From: Escherichia phage vB_Ec-G9
DNA length: 44,261 nt
Reading direction: 5' to 3' (one strand)
Sequence record: PQ433351.1
Made by a program: the position numbers and the translations under genes. Of the stretch, positions 1 to 8,955 are shown in pieces. The notes beneath the pieces are model-generated. The model did no database searches. It had not been told where the DNA came from and was given only the letters and a program-made list of their open reading frames with translations. The stretch's first letter is position 1. Every line of letters starts with the position of its first letter.

Positions 1-1988
1 TGGCTATTATTCAGAATGTACCGTGTCCTGCCTGTCAAAAGAATGGACATGATGTTACCGGCAACCATCTCATGATCTTTGATGATGGTGCTGGCTATTG
101 CAACCGTGGTCACTTCCACGATAACGGAAAGCCATACTACCATAAGCCCGAAGGTGGCATCGAGATAACCGAGTTGCCTATTACTGGCAATATCAAATAT
201 ACACCTTCTCAGTTCAAAGAGATGGAGAAGGAAGGGAAGATAAGCGACCTTAAGCTACGCGCCATCGCACTAGGTGGTATGCGTATGAAAGACCGTTGGG
301 AGGTTATGAATGAGCAAGAAAGGGCAGACCAAGAAGCAGATTGGAAACTTGATGTTGAATGGTTCCTCACGCTTAAGCGTAAGAACCTTGTATCCCGACA
401 CATTCGCGGCGACATCGCAGCACTATATGATGTGCGAGTGGGCCATGATGAGGAAGGAAGAGTCAATCGTCACTACTACCCCCGCTTCGAGAAAGGTGAG
501 CTAGTAGGCGCTAAGTGCCGTACCTTACCTAAAGACTTTAAGTTTGGTCATTTAGGTAAACTATTTGGTATGCAAGATCTTTTCGGTATGAATACTTTGT
601 CTCACGTGTTAGACAAGGGAAGACGAAAGGATTGCTTGCTTATTGTAGGCGGCGAACTTGATGCACTAGCAGCCCAGCAGATGCTTCTTGATTCCGCCAA
701 GGGCACTAAGTGGGAAGGACAACCATATCATGTGTGGTCTGTCAACAAGGGTGAGTCTTGCCTTGAAGAGATAGTGCAGAACCGTGAACACATCGCTCAA
801 TTCAAGAAGATTATATGGGGCTTTGATGGTGATGAGGTTGGGCAGAAGCAGAACCAACAAGCGGCTCGCCTGTTTCCTGGTAAATCCTATATCCTTGAGT
901 ATCCTTCTGGGTGCAAAGATGCTAACAAGGCATTGATGGCTGGCAAGGCTAAAGAATTTGTGGATGCTTGGTTTAATGCAAAGTCATCTGATGAAGTCTT
1001 TGGTAGCCAGATTAAATCTATCGCATCTCAAAGGGATAAGCTCAAGGCTGCACGTCCAGAGCAAGGACTATCATGGCCTTGGCCTAAGCTGAACAAGGTA
1101 ACGCTAGGTATTCGTAAGAACCAACTTATCATTGTAGGCGCAGGCTCTGGTGTAGGTAAGACTGAGTTCCTTCGTGAAGTAGTTAAGCACCTCATTGAAG
1201 AACACGGTGAATCTGTAGGCATCATTTCTACAGAAGACCCGATGGTCAAGGTGTCCCGTGCTTTTATCGGCAAGTGGATTGATAAGCGTATTGAGTTACC
1301 GCCAACCAACGACCCGAAAGAAGATGGATACCGTGAGGTGTTCGACTACACCGAGGAAGAGGCTAACGCCGCCATTGATTATGTAGCTGATACAGGTAAG
1401 CTGTTTGTAGCTGACCTAGAGGGTGACTATTCGATGGAAAAGGTAGAGCAAACTTGCCTAGAGTTTGAGGCTATGGGCATTTCTAATATCATCATTGATA
1501 ACTTAACGGGGATTAAATTAGATGAGCGTGCTTTTGGTGGGAAGGTTGGTGCACTTGATGAATGCGTCAAGCGGATTGGTACTATCAAAGACCGACACCC
1601 GGTTACTATATTCCTTGTATCACACCTTACACGTCCTCCGGCAAACCGTACCCAACACGAAGAAGGTGGCGAGGTTATCCTTTCTGACTTCCGAGGTTCA
1701 GGCGCTATCGGATTCTGGGCATCTTACGCCTTGGGGATTGAGCGTAATACAAGAGCTGAAACGCTTGACGAAAGGACTACCACGTACATCTCATGTGTCA
1801 AAGACCGCGACCAAGGAATCTGGACTGGAACCAAGGTCATGCTTAAGGGTGACATTCAAACCGGACGTTTAATGGAACCACAAGCCCGTACTAAGTCATT
1901 TGATACAGGTGAAGCAAGGCAACAAGAGGTGCCGGATTTACCGGACACTATAGAAGAGACAACCTTTGACGATGAACAGGAGTTTTAA
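1..1988 (+). CDS. DNA primase/helicase (T7 gp4-like); 5' end runs off the window start, the ATG is formed by pos 44261 + pos 1-2
   Basis: Open in frame from pos 3 with no stop; N-terminal Cys zinc ribbon CPAC...CNRGH typical of primases; Walker A GAGSGVGKT in helicase half; acidic C-terminus ending DDEQEF. Confidence 0.85.
   Translation, partial: AIIQNVPCPACQKNGHDVTGNHLMIFDDGAGYCNRGHFHDNGKPYYHKPEGGIEITELPITGNIKYTPSQFKEMEKEGKISDLKLRAIALGGMRMKDRWEVMNEQERADQEADWKLDVEWFLTLKRKNLVSRHIRGDIAALYDVRVGHDEEGRVNRHYYPRFEKGELVGAKCRTLPKDFKFGHLGKLFGMQDLFGMNTLSHVLDKGRRKDCLLIVGGELDALAAQQMLLDSAKGTKWEGQPYHVWSVNKGESCLEEIVQNREHIAQFKKIIWGFDGDEVGQKQNQQAARLFPGKSYILEYPSGCKDANKALMAGKAKEFVDAWFNAKSSDEVFGSQIKSIASQRDKLKAARPEQGLSWPWPKLNKVTLGIRKNQLIIVGAGSGVGKTEFLREVVKHLIEEHGESVGIISTEDPMVKVSRAFIGKWIDKRIELPPTNDPKEDGYREVFDYTEEEANAAIDYVADTGKLFVADLEGDYSMEKVEQTCLEFEAMGISNIIIDNLTGIKLDERAFGGKVGALDECVKRIGTIKDRHPVTIFLVSHLTRPPANRTQHEEGGEVILSDFRGSGAIGFWASYALGIERNTRAETLDERTTTYISCVKDRDQGIWTGTKVMLKGDIQTGRLMEPQARTKSFDTGEARQQEVPDLPDTIEETTFDDEQEF
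1935..1958 (+). promoter_or_regulatory. phage RNAP promoter embedded in primase/helicase 3' coding region
   Basis: GATTTACCGGACACTATAGAAGAG matches the window's promoter consensus; encodes PDTIEE in frame. Confidence 0.7.
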
Positions 1989-2149
1989 TGGAAATTATTA
2001 AACCAGTATTGAATATCGGTATTGAGATCCTATTCATGCTTGTGATCGCAGATTATGCTGCACGATATGGCTTCAAGAAAGCAGTGAAACTTATCGTTGC
2101 ATCTGGTTTTATGATGTCAATGTTCTTTATTGTAACACGCCTTATCTAG
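1988..2149 (+). CDS. small hydrophobic protein (53 aa)
   Basis: ATG overlaps upstream stop (TAATG); hydrophobic sequence; below ORF-track size cutoff, found by reading. Confidence 0.35.
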   Translation: MEIIKPVLNIGIEILFMLVIADYAARYGFKKAVKLIVASGFMMSMFFIVTRLI

Positions 2150-2166
2150 TGTATTTATCAGGGCTT

Positions 2167-2182
2167 GTCTCACATGTGAGAC
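2167..2182. repeat. 16-bp perfect palindrome GTCTCACATGTGAGAC (copy 1 of 7)
   Basis: Exact palindrome in intergenic gap, flanked by extra symmetric bases (GCTTG...CAGGC). Confidence 0.9.
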
Positions 2183-2221
2183 AGGCTCTTATTAAGTACA
2201 TTAAATAACTGGAGATTGATT

Positions 2222-2905
2222 ATGTATAAATTAGTATTGAATGTAGGTGATTATGTTCGTAACATCAATGAAGCCTCACGTCGTTATCGTTGCCGTGGTG
2301 TAGTGGCTCGTGTAAGTGAGAACATGTATCATGTAGAATATGATGATGGTATTAAGGCTTCTTATCACAAGAAAACCGCACATAAATATCTTGAAAAGGT
2401 TGTAGAGGTAAACAATCAATGTAAGTGCATACATGATGAGGTTTGCGATAAATGTGCTCGCCAGATGCTTAAGAATTTCCTAGCTCCTCTTTATTATGGT
2501 GCTGGTCCTCAAACACTAGCAGAGTGCATGGCAGAAAAGAAAACCACACTCAAGAAAGAGCGTCGCAATGTAATCACTGGTAAGACTCAAAGTGAGATGA
2601 TTAAGCAATGTGGCACTGCATTAGGTGTTACACAGTTCAATACTCGTGCATTGGGTAAATCCACAGGGCAAGCTATGGTGAAGATTGGCGAAGCCATGAT
2701 GCATCCGAATATACCTGTACGAATCATGGATATAGACCATGCAATCACAGAACATGGGTCTTCACGCCGTGTTATTAACACCCATTTTGCCGACACTATA
2801 GAAGGTATTATTCGTAAGCAAGGTTTGAAGGGTCTTCACATCTTAAATGGTGAAGAATTACTGTACCTACCTATCGTTACTGAAGAGACATACGTGGATA
2901 TCTAA
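2222..2905 (+). CDS. hypothetical protein (228 aa)
   Basis: ORF with RBS GGAG 7 nt upstream of ATG 2222; Cys-rich segment CKCIHDEVCDKC; no recognisable family. Confidence 0.65.
   Translation: MYKLVLNVGDYVRNINEASRRYRCRGVVARVSENMYHVEYDDGIKASYHKKTAHKYLEKVVEVNNQCKCIHDEVCDKCARQMLKNFLAPLYYGAGPQTLAECMAEKKTTLKKERRNVITGKTQSEMIKQCGTALGVTQFNTRALGKSTGQAMVKIGEAMMHPNIPVRIMDIDHAITEHGSSRRVINTHFADTIEGIIRKQGLKGLHILNGEELLYLPIVTEETYVDI
2783..2805 (+). promoter_or_regulatory. degenerate phage-promoter-like sequence inside coding region
   Basis: CATTTTGCCGACACTATAGAAGG: core GACACTATAGAAG intact, -13 to -10 deviate from consensus; encodes ADTIEG in frame. Confidence 0.35.
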
Positions 2906-2915
2906 GGAGTTAATC

Positions 2916-3134
2916 ATGACTAAGGTATTAATTTACATGCGTGGACCTCATAAATGCTATGCAGTTGTAGCACCAAATGGTGTTAAGCCCTATAGTACTT
3001 CAAAAGGATTGGCATTAATAGGTGCTAGTAGTAGTGCAAGTTTCCAAATGGAACTTTTTGGTCATTGGAATGAAAGGCAATTCCGTGAGGATTTTAAAGT
3101 CATTGGCAGCTTCATAGTGAAATATGCAGAATAA
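2916..3134 (+). CDS. hypothetical protein (72 aa)
   Basis: Strong RBS AAGGAG upstream of ATG 2916. Confidence 0.55.
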   Translation: MTKVLIYMRGPHKCYAVVAPNGVKPYSTSKGLALIGASSSASFQMELFGHWNERQFREDFKVIGSFIVKYAE

Positions 3135-3300
3135 ACATAGTCTTAAAATGTTCGATGGTCATGAAGACCTGCAAGCCAAGATTACTAACCAAGCCTTCCT
3201 GTTTGCACAGTTAACTATGGCTGAAGCAAAGAAGAATAGCCTGACGCGTGAACAGGTTATCAAGGAAAGTGAAGTGAAACGTAAGATTCGCAGTCGATAA
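3124..3300 (+). CDS. hypothetical small protein (58 aa)
   Basis: ATG 3124 overlapping upstream stop; below ORF-track cutoff; weak RBS. Confidence 0.3.
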   Translation: MQNKHSLKMFDGHEDLQAKITNQAFLFAQLTMAEAKKNSLTREQVIKESEVKRKIRSR

Positions 3301-3310
3301 GTCAAGGGTT

Positions 3311-3326
3311 GTCTCACACGTGAGAC
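3311..3326. repeat. palindrome variant GTCTCACACGTGAGAC (copy 2)
   Basis: One central base differs from the perfect palindrome; intergenic. Confidence 0.8.
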
Positions 3327-3357
3327 AGCCTTTCATCATATTGATTGGAGGTGCATT

Positions 3358-3465
3358 ATGCCACGTGATTATGATTCTGATTGGGACTATTATGACTCAA
3401 TGAATCCAAAACCCGAACGTTCAGATGATTACTACGAAACAGAGGCAATGTATGAAGACTATTGA
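3358..3465 (+). CDS. very acidic Asp/Tyr-rich micro-protein (35 aa)
   Basis: RBS GGAGG upstream of ATG 3358; sequence MPRDYDSDWDYYDSMNPKPERSDDYYETEAMYEDY; overlaps DNA polymerase start. Confidence 0.3.
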   Translation: MPRDYDSDWDYYDSMNPKPERSDDYYETEAMYEDY

Positions 3466-5998
3466 TTGGAAGAAGGAGGCAGAAGGTCGTATCCTCGTGA
3501 TGGATGCGGAAGCTAAAGGACTCCTTGACGCTATCCGATATGGACACCGTGAAGATGTGCATATCATTTGCTGCATGGATTTGCTTACTACCGAGGAGTT
3601 TCTCTTCTTTGACCCGTATGAGATGCGTGACCCTGAAGCAAGAGAACGCCTGAAGGAATGGGAAGGTCATCAAGATGGAACCTTGGTTGACGGTGTTAAC
3701 TTCCTGAAGCATTGTGAAGCTATTGTGTCACAGAACTTCCTAGGGTATGACGGCCTTCTCTTTGAGAAGGCATTCCCTGATATTTGGAAAGGCTTTAACT
3801 ATACCGAGAAGCGCGGTAAGGGCAGACTCCGTGCTGACCTGTGTCCTATCCGTGTTGTAGATACGCTGGTGATGAGTCGTCTGCTAAACCCAGATAGACG
3901 CCTTCCTCCGCAAGCATATGCCAAAGGCATGGGTAACGTCGCCCCTCACTCAATTGAGGCGCACGGCATCCGTATAGGCCGCTATAAACCAGAGAACAAG
4001 GACTGGTCTAAACTAACTGACCACATGGTTCACCGTGTACGTGAAGACGTGGCAATTGGTCGTGACTTTTTCCTATGGCTTTACAACGGAGAGTGGACGG
4101 AGCACAAACGCCGTGGCGTGAACAAACGTACTGGCCTAGGGATTGAGACAGCCTTCCACATGGAGTCCATTGTGGCGCTGGAGATGAGCCGTCAGGCAGA
4201 GCGTGGATTCCGTCTGGATATTGACAAAGCACTAGCGCGATGCGAAGAACTGGACGCTAAGATTGATGAGACAGTCGCAGCGTTCCGCCCTCACATGCCT
4301 ATGCGTATCAAGTCTAAACCTTTTAAACCGGAAGAAAAGAATGAAGTATGCCAACGCGCAAATGAGTATGGAGCTAGCAACAATATACCTACTGTCCTTG
4401 ACCCCTCACACTTTCTTCATGCCGAGAGACGAGGAGATCGCAAGACAGTATGGAGTGTCACTACTAAGTCTGGTGATTGGTCGGCTAGTGTCAAGAAAGA
4501 CTTTCCTCACCTTAGAGGAAACCGTAATGACACGCCAAGCATCAAGTGGATTGGCGCTTACTCGCCTGTTACTTTCGAAGAGATTCCCTTGGGTAACAGG
4601 GATACAGTTAAGCAAGTGCTCTATGATTATGGATGGAAAGGTGTTGAATTTAACGATACCGAGCAAGCGCATCTCGATGAGCACGGAGTGTTACCCAAAC
4701 CTTGGAGTGGTAAGATAAATGAAAAGTCCCTTACTTTATGGCAAGAAAGAGCCGCACGTGAAGGTAAAACAGTCCCTGATTGGTGCTTGGGTATCGCTGC
4801 ATGGTACATACTCGTATCCCGTCGTGGTCAGATACTCAACCGTGGTGACGTTGAAGCCTTCAACGAGAAGGGAACGTGGCCCTCGCAGGCTGGTGTACGA
4901 AAGTGTCGCGGCCTTGTACCTGTAGCATTCAACAAGGAGCTAGGAATCAATGCGCAGCAATACTACGAGAGGTACGGATGTTGGCCTACGTCTGACAAAG
5001 ATGACGGAGAGTGGCGTGTTCCAGCTGTTGCTATTAGCATTGGCACTTCTACGTTCCGTATGCGTCATCGTAACGTGGTTAATATTCCTGCCCGTGGCTT
5101 GTATCCTTTACGTGATTTATTCATAGCAGGGAAAGGCAAGCTAATCCTTGGTTGTGACGGTGCAGGTCTTGAACTGCGTGTCCTGTCTCACTTCATGAAT
5201 GACCCTGAGTACCAAGAGATTGTACTGCACGGTGATATTCATACGCATAACCAGATGAAGGCTGGTCTTCCTAAGCGTGATATGGCGAAGACGTTTATAT
5301 ACGCCTTCCTCTATGGCTCTGGTATAGCCAACCTTGCAGCAGTATGTGGTGTTACTGAGGAAGAAATGAAGGAAGTTGTGGCAAGATTCGAGATTGAACT
5401 ACCATCTCTTGCACGTCTTCGTGAGAATGTTATCGCACAAGGTAACAAGTTTGGCTACCTGCAAGCACCTGATGGACATTGGGGTCGCATCCGCATGTCT
5501 GGTGGTGAACTTAAAGAGCACACGATGCTTAACGTATTACTCCAGATGACTGGCTCTTTGTGTATGAAATATGCATTAGTCAAGGCATTTGCAGTAATGC
5601 GCAAGGAAGGTGTAGCCTTGGATGCTATGGGAAATCCTTGTGGTGTGGCTAACGTGCATGATGAAATCCAGATGGAAGTTCCTGAAGAGGAGGTCTTGTA
5701 TCTTAACTACGACCTACCTTTCACCTTAGATGGGTTCGAAACAGAGAAGGTTGCCGTGAAAGCAGTGTTCGATGCAGAGGAGAAACGTGTTCATGTGGAT
5801 TCTGAAGGACGTATGTGGTCTGCTGCAAACCTAGTTAGTGTTGATGCTGATGCTGGTGTATTGCATTGCCAGCGCCGTTATCACCGTGCAGGTCATATCA
5901 TTGCCGACGCCATGACTTGGGCAGGGCAGTATCTGAAGATGCGTTGCCCGATGGCAGGCGAATATAAGATTGGCGCAAGTTGGAAGGAAACACACTGA
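3452..5998 (+). CDS. family A DNA polymerase with 3'-5' exonuclease domain (T7 gp5-like)
   Basis: Exo motif ILVMDAEA near N-terminus; pol motifs DGAGLELRV, KTFIYAFLYGSG, VHDEIQ; start placed at ATG 3452 (RBS GAGG) rather than ORF-track 3425. Confidence 0.9.
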   Translation: MKTIDWKKEAEGRILVMDAEAKGLLDAIRYGHREDVHIICCMDLLTTEEFLFFDPYEMRDPEARERLKEWEGHQDGTLVDGVNFLKHCEAIVSQNFLGYDGLLFEKAFPDIWKGFNYTEKRGKGRLRADLCPIRVVDTLVMSRLLNPDRRLPPQAYAKGMGNVAPHSIEAHGIRIGRYKPENKDWSKLTDHMVHRVREDVAIGRDFFLWLYNGEWTEHKRRGVNKRTGLGIETAFHMESIVALEMSRQAERGFRLDIDKALARCEELDAKIDETVAAFRPHMPMRIKSKPFKPEEKNEVCQRANEYGASNNIPTVLDPSHFLHAERRGDRKTVWSVTTKSGDWSASVKKDFPHLRGNRNDTPSIKWIGAYSPVTFEEIPLGNRDTVKQVLYDYGWKGVEFNDTEQAHLDEHGVLPKPWSGKINEKSLTLWQERAAREGKTVPDWCLGIAAWYILVSRRGQILNRGDVEAFNEKGTWPSQAGVRKCRGLVPVAFNKELGINAQQYYERYGCWPTSDKDDGEWRVPAVAISIGTSTFRMRHRNVVNIPARGLYPLRDLFIAGKGKLILGCDGAGLELRVLSHFMNDPEYQEIVLHGDIHTHNQMKAGLPKRDMAKTFIYAFLYGSGIANLAAVCGVTEEEMKEVVARFEIELPSLARLRENVIAQGNKFGYLQAPDGHWGRIRMSGGELKEHTMLNVLLQMTGSLCMKYALVKAFAVMRKEGVALDAMGNPCGVANVHDEIQMEVPEEEVLYLNYDLPFTLDGFETEKVAVKAVFDAEEKRVHVDSEGRMWSAANLVSVDADAGVLHCQRRYHRAGHIIADAMTWAGQYLKMRCPMAGEYKIGASWKETH

Positions 5999-6114
5999 TG
6001 GATAGGCTTGACATTGTTTACCTATTCTTCACTTTCTTTCTTACACTCCTTATGCTTGCTTGTTATGGGAGTATGAGACTAGATATACCTGATGAAGAAG
6101 AGGGTTACGACTAA
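5998..6114 (+). CDS. small membrane protein (38 aa)
   Basis: ATG overlaps DNAP stop (TGATG); hydrophobic core. Confidence 0.25.
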   Translation: MDRLDIVYLFFTFFLTLLMLACYGSMRLDIPDEEEGYD

Positions 6115-6212
6115 TGCAAACTGCTTTTATTATTCTTGGTATCGTATTATTTATGGTAGTACTCTGGGCCTTCTCTGGCATTGACCCGGATTGTGATGGT
6201 AACTACGACTGA
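6114..6212 (+). CDS. small membrane protein (32 aa)
   Basis: ATG overlaps previous stop (TAATG); hydrophobic. Confidence 0.25.
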   Translation: MQTAFIILGIVLFMVVLWAFSGIDPDCDGNYD

Positions 6213-6269
6213 GTTATACTCAAGGTCACTTACGAGTGGCCTTTATGAATAACTTAACTGGAGAGTATT

Positions 6270-6530
6270 ATGATTAAATCACAGAAGTATTTCTCAACTA
6301 AAGATCGTAAGGTAGATTTTGAAATCAAAGTTTGGGAAGACGGACACATTACTATTATTTACGAAGGTAAAGGTTCTAATGGTATGATGCTACGTAGATG
6401 CCGTACATTCACAAAGAAAGAATGTATGCATATGTCTGAATGCATGTTTCTTTACATCATTGCTGATGATATTAAAGGTATGAAGCTAATTGTATCTCTA
6501 CCTTTAATACCTAAATCTTTGTTAGGTTGA
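6270..6530 (+). CDS. hypothetical protein (86 aa)
   Basis: ORF with RBS GGAG upstream. Confidence 0.5.
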   Translation: MIKSQKYFSTKDRKVDFEIKVWEDGHITIIYEGKGSNGMMLRRCRTFTKKECMHMSECMFLYIIADDIKGMKLIVSLPLIPKSLLG

Positions 6531-6551
6531 TTTACTGGACACTATAGAAGG
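6531..6551 (+). promoter_or_regulatory. phage RNAP promoter
   Basis: TTTACTGGACACTATAGAAGG. Confidence 0.8.
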
Positions 6552-6616
6552 AAAGCCTAGGTAATCTAGGTTTATAAGGTAGTATGGGTAATTAAGTAAA
6601 TATAGGAGATATAAAT

Positions 6617-6994
6617 ATGTCAATGGTGACTACTCTGGTATTCGTAGCTCAATACTTTCGTGGTTTGGCTAACAAGTTCAAAGCTAAGGCTATCAAAGCT
6701 ATTGAGTCTCGCATTGAAGCAGTACAGGCAGAGCAGTTTGAAGTTGAAGAACATCGTAGTTCTCAAATGATTGACTGCCACAATCGCTACTATGCATCTC
6801 GTGATGACCTTAATGCACGTCAAGTCAAAGAGGTAGAAGAGATGATGGCACGTCACCAGCAAGAGCGAGACAATCTGAAGGCAGACTTTGAAGAGAACAA
6901 AGCATCCATTGCACTGGTACATCAAGCTGCATCTGACAGCCTGAAGAAAGAGATTGTTATGCTGGAGATTGAACTGGACAATCTGACCAAATAA
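6617..6994 (+). CDS. hypothetical coiled-coil protein (125 aa)
   Basis: RBS AGGAG upstream; charged heptad-like sequence. Confidence 0.6.
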   Translation: MSMVTTLVFVAQYFRGLANKFKAKAIKAIESRIEAVQAEQFEVEEHRSSQMIDCHNRYYASRDDLNARQVKEVEEMMARHQQERDNLKADFEENKASIALVHQAASDSLKKEIVMLEIELDNLTK

Positions 6995-7014
6995 TTACTG
7001 GACACTATAGAACA
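6994..7014 (+). promoter_or_regulatory. phage RNAP promoter
   Basis: ATTACTGGACACTATAGAACA. Confidence 0.75.
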
Positions 7015-7071
7015 ATAGGTCGGCTTAGTTCGGCCTATGATTGTGTAGTGTAACAATAGGAGACTAAATCA

Positions 7072-7875
7072 ATGGCACGTAATTTTGATTTTGGCGCAGA
7101 GGTCACTAAGTCAGAAGGTAAAGTATTTAAGAACCCAGAAGTGGGCGACCATGAAGCTGTAATCTCTGGAATCATTCATGTTGGTTCCTTCCAAGATATC
7201 TTTAAGAAAGGCAATACCACTGAAGTTAAGAAGCCAGCAAACTTTGTTCTTGTTAAGATTGTCCTGATGGGTGATGATGACAAGAACGAAGATGATTCAC
7301 GCATGGAACAGTGGATGGCTGTGCCTCTGAAGTCAGGTGATAAAGCTACTCTGACTAAGTTCCTGAATGCAGTTGATCCTAAAGAACTGCTGGGTGGCTT
7401 CGATGACTTCATCGGTGAATGCCTGACTGCAACTATGGTTGGCTCTGGCGACAAGAATGATGATGGTACTTTCAAGTATGTTAACTGGAAAGGCTTTGGC
7501 GGTATGCCTGATAAGTTGAAGAAGCTTGTACTGGCTCAGGTAGAAGAGGAAGGTCTGTCTATGACAGGTCATATCACCTTCGACAAGCTGACCAAAGAAA
7601 TCCTTGATGACATCCCAGCTAACTTGGTACGTCAATACTTCCTGAACGAGACACCTCGTGGTAAGAACCTGTCTGTTGCTGGCTCTCACGTAGAAGCTAT
7701 TATCAAAGCTGCTCGTGAAGAAGACCCAGAGTGGAAGAAAGCCAAGAAGAAAGATGACGAGGATGCTACTCCAGCTAATCGTAAGTCTCTGGATACTGGC
7801 GAGTCTGTTCCACAGGAAGTACCTGAAGCAGAAGATACTCCTGCACCGGAGATGGATGAGGACGCGGAATATTAA
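7072..7875 (+). CDS. abundant protein with acidic C-terminal tail; candidate ssDNA-binding protein (267 aa)
   Basis: RBS AGGAG; highly biased (expression-type) codon usage; C-terminus EMDEDAEY; position and tail resemble T7 gp2.5 logic; sequence similarity not established. Confidence 0.6.
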   Translation: MARNFDFGAEVTKSEGKVFKNPEVGDHEAVISGIIHVGSFQDIFKKGNTTEVKKPANFVLVKIVLMGDDDKNEDDSRMEQWMAVPLKSGDKATLTKFLNAVDPKELLGGFDDFIGECLTATMVGSGDKNDDGTFKYVNWKGFGGMPDKLKKLVLAQVEEEGLSMTGHITFDKLTKEILDDIPANLVRQYFLNETPRGKNLSVAGSHVEAIIKAAREEDPEWKKAKKKDDEDATPANRKSLDTGESVPQEVPEAEDTPAPEMDEDAEY

Positions 7876-7884
7876 GGAGAAAGG

Positions 7885-8103
7885 ATGAAAGTACAAATCG
7901 TAACCCTGCACTGCAAGAAAGGTATCACAACGCTCGGAGGTGGCACTTTCCACTCTTTCTCCGAAGGGGAGATTTATGCTGACCTGCACTACATCTGGCG
8001 CGACGGACAGCACGTGGTGAACTACAGCGACCCAGCTACGGGGAAACGCCACGGCGTATCGCTTCCGGCGCATGACATTGCTCAGGTGAACACAGTTTTA
8101 TAA
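7885..8103 (+). CDS. hypothetical protein (72 aa)
   Basis: RBS AAGGAG upstream. Confidence 0.55.
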   Translation: MKVQIVTLHCKKGITTLGGGTFHSFSEGEIYADLHYIWRDGQHVVNYSDPATGKRHGVSLPAHDIAQVNTVL

Positions 8104-8104
8104 A

Positions 8105-8120
8105 GTCTCACATGTGAGAC
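8105..8120. repeat. 16-bp perfect palindrome GTCTCACATGTGAGAC (copy 3)
   Basis: Exact; lies 15 bp upstream of promoter at 8136. Confidence 0.9.
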
Positions 8121-8135
8121 AAATCGGTGTCCGGT

Positions 8136-8159
8136 ATTTACTGGACACTATAGAAGAGA
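8136..8159 (+). promoter_or_regulatory. phage RNAP promoter
   Basis: TATTTACTGGACACTATAGAAGAG. Confidence 0.8.
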
Positions 8160-8207
8160 AGAATTTTAATCGGCGATAATGCCACAACTAACAAAGGAGA
8201 ATTTAAT

Positions 8208-8585
8208 ATGTTCAAGATTGAAACTATCGTAAACCGTGTTGTTAAAGGTGCTGCTCTGGTATCCGTTGAGTCTTTCATTATCGTCGATGAAGCTGATCAA
8301 CTGGTAGCTGGTACTAAGGCTTACGATACCCGTGAAGAAGCTCAGGCTAAGATTGACAGCATGGGTAACTTCGCTGCTGGTCTGGAGTTCGCTCGCGCTT
8401 GCTTCCCTGAGCAGGCTGACAAAGCTCAGATTGGTAAGGCTAATATCGTAGCTGAATATCTGGATTGGATTGCTGCTGGTAAGCCGGTGAAAGAAGTTAA
8501 GTCTGCTGAAGAAGCTGAAGCTCAGGCGGCAGAAGAAGTAGCTGCACCGGTAGATGCTCCGGTAAGCGAAGAAGAAGAGTTTTAA
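8208..8585 (+). CDS. highly expressed small protein with acidic C-terminal tail ending EEEEF (125 aa)
   Basis: Strong RBS AAAGGAGA; codon usage like capsid gene; followed directly by terminator; function unknown. Confidence 0.7.
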   Translation: MFKIETIVNRVVKGAALVSVESFIIVDEADQLVAGTKAYDTREEAQAKIDSMGNFAAGLEFARACFPEQADKAQIGKANIVAEYLDWIAAGKPVKEVKSAEEAEAQAAEEVAAPVDAPVSEEEEF

Positions 8586-8587
8586 TT

Positions 8588-8625
8588 GATGCCCTGTCTG
8601 CCTTAGTGTAGGCAGGGTCTTTTGC
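8588..8625 (+). terminator. intrinsic terminator (conserved twin of 18032)
   Basis: ATGCCCTGTCTGCC-TTAGTGTA-GGCAGGG followed by TCTTTTG; near-identical element after capsid gene. Confidence 0.65.
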
Positions 8626-8649
8626 GTAATAGTTATTGGAGAATGAATT

Positions 8650-8955
8650 ATGCCGACTATTAAATCTCGTTTAGTAGCAGACTATGTGTATGGTCGTGAC
8701 TTAAAGTTAATGCAAGATTACTTTAAAGTAATCATCCTGCTGGATGGAGAAGTGTTTCACACTAAAACATTCACCCTTCCTGAATTGTTTGATTTAGGTT
8801 ATTGGGGTTATACATATCAGGCCATAGCAGACAAGGTGCTACTCAGTGTATTAGAGGAGTGGCCTACATGCGACCAAACTTCGACTTCGGAGCTACAGTA
8901 TCGGAAGACAATAATCTCATCTTGTGGCCAACTGAAGGTAATCGAATCGCTTTAA
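8650..8955 (+). CDS. hypothetical ORF overlapping exonuclease start (101 aa)
   Basis: ATG 8650 with upstream GGAG; overlaps next gene by 88 nt in another frame, so uncertain. Confidence 0.3.
   Translation: MPTIKSRLVADYVYGRDLKLMQDYFKVIILLDGEVFHTKTFTLPELFDLGYWGYTYQAIADKVLLSVLEEWPTCDQTSTSELQYRKTIISSCGQLKVIESL

Noticed and set aside
3425-3451. ORF-track upstream starts for DNA polymerase (3425), exonuclease (8802), small terminase (29263) and tailspike 1 (33211)
   Set aside because: Upstream starts lack RBSs and overlap preceding genes; downstream starts (3452, 8868, 29308, 33271) have RBSs and begin at conserved N-terminal motifs.
4263-4718. 151-aa + strand ORF in an alternative frame inside the DNA polymerase gene
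   Set aside because: Embedded in the polymerase coding frame, which carries the conserved motifs; no independent start signals.
7333-8073. 246-aa ORF on the minus strand
   Set aside because: Lies antisense across two well-supported + strand genes with RBSs and promoters; no start signals; typical antisense artefact of biased codon usage.
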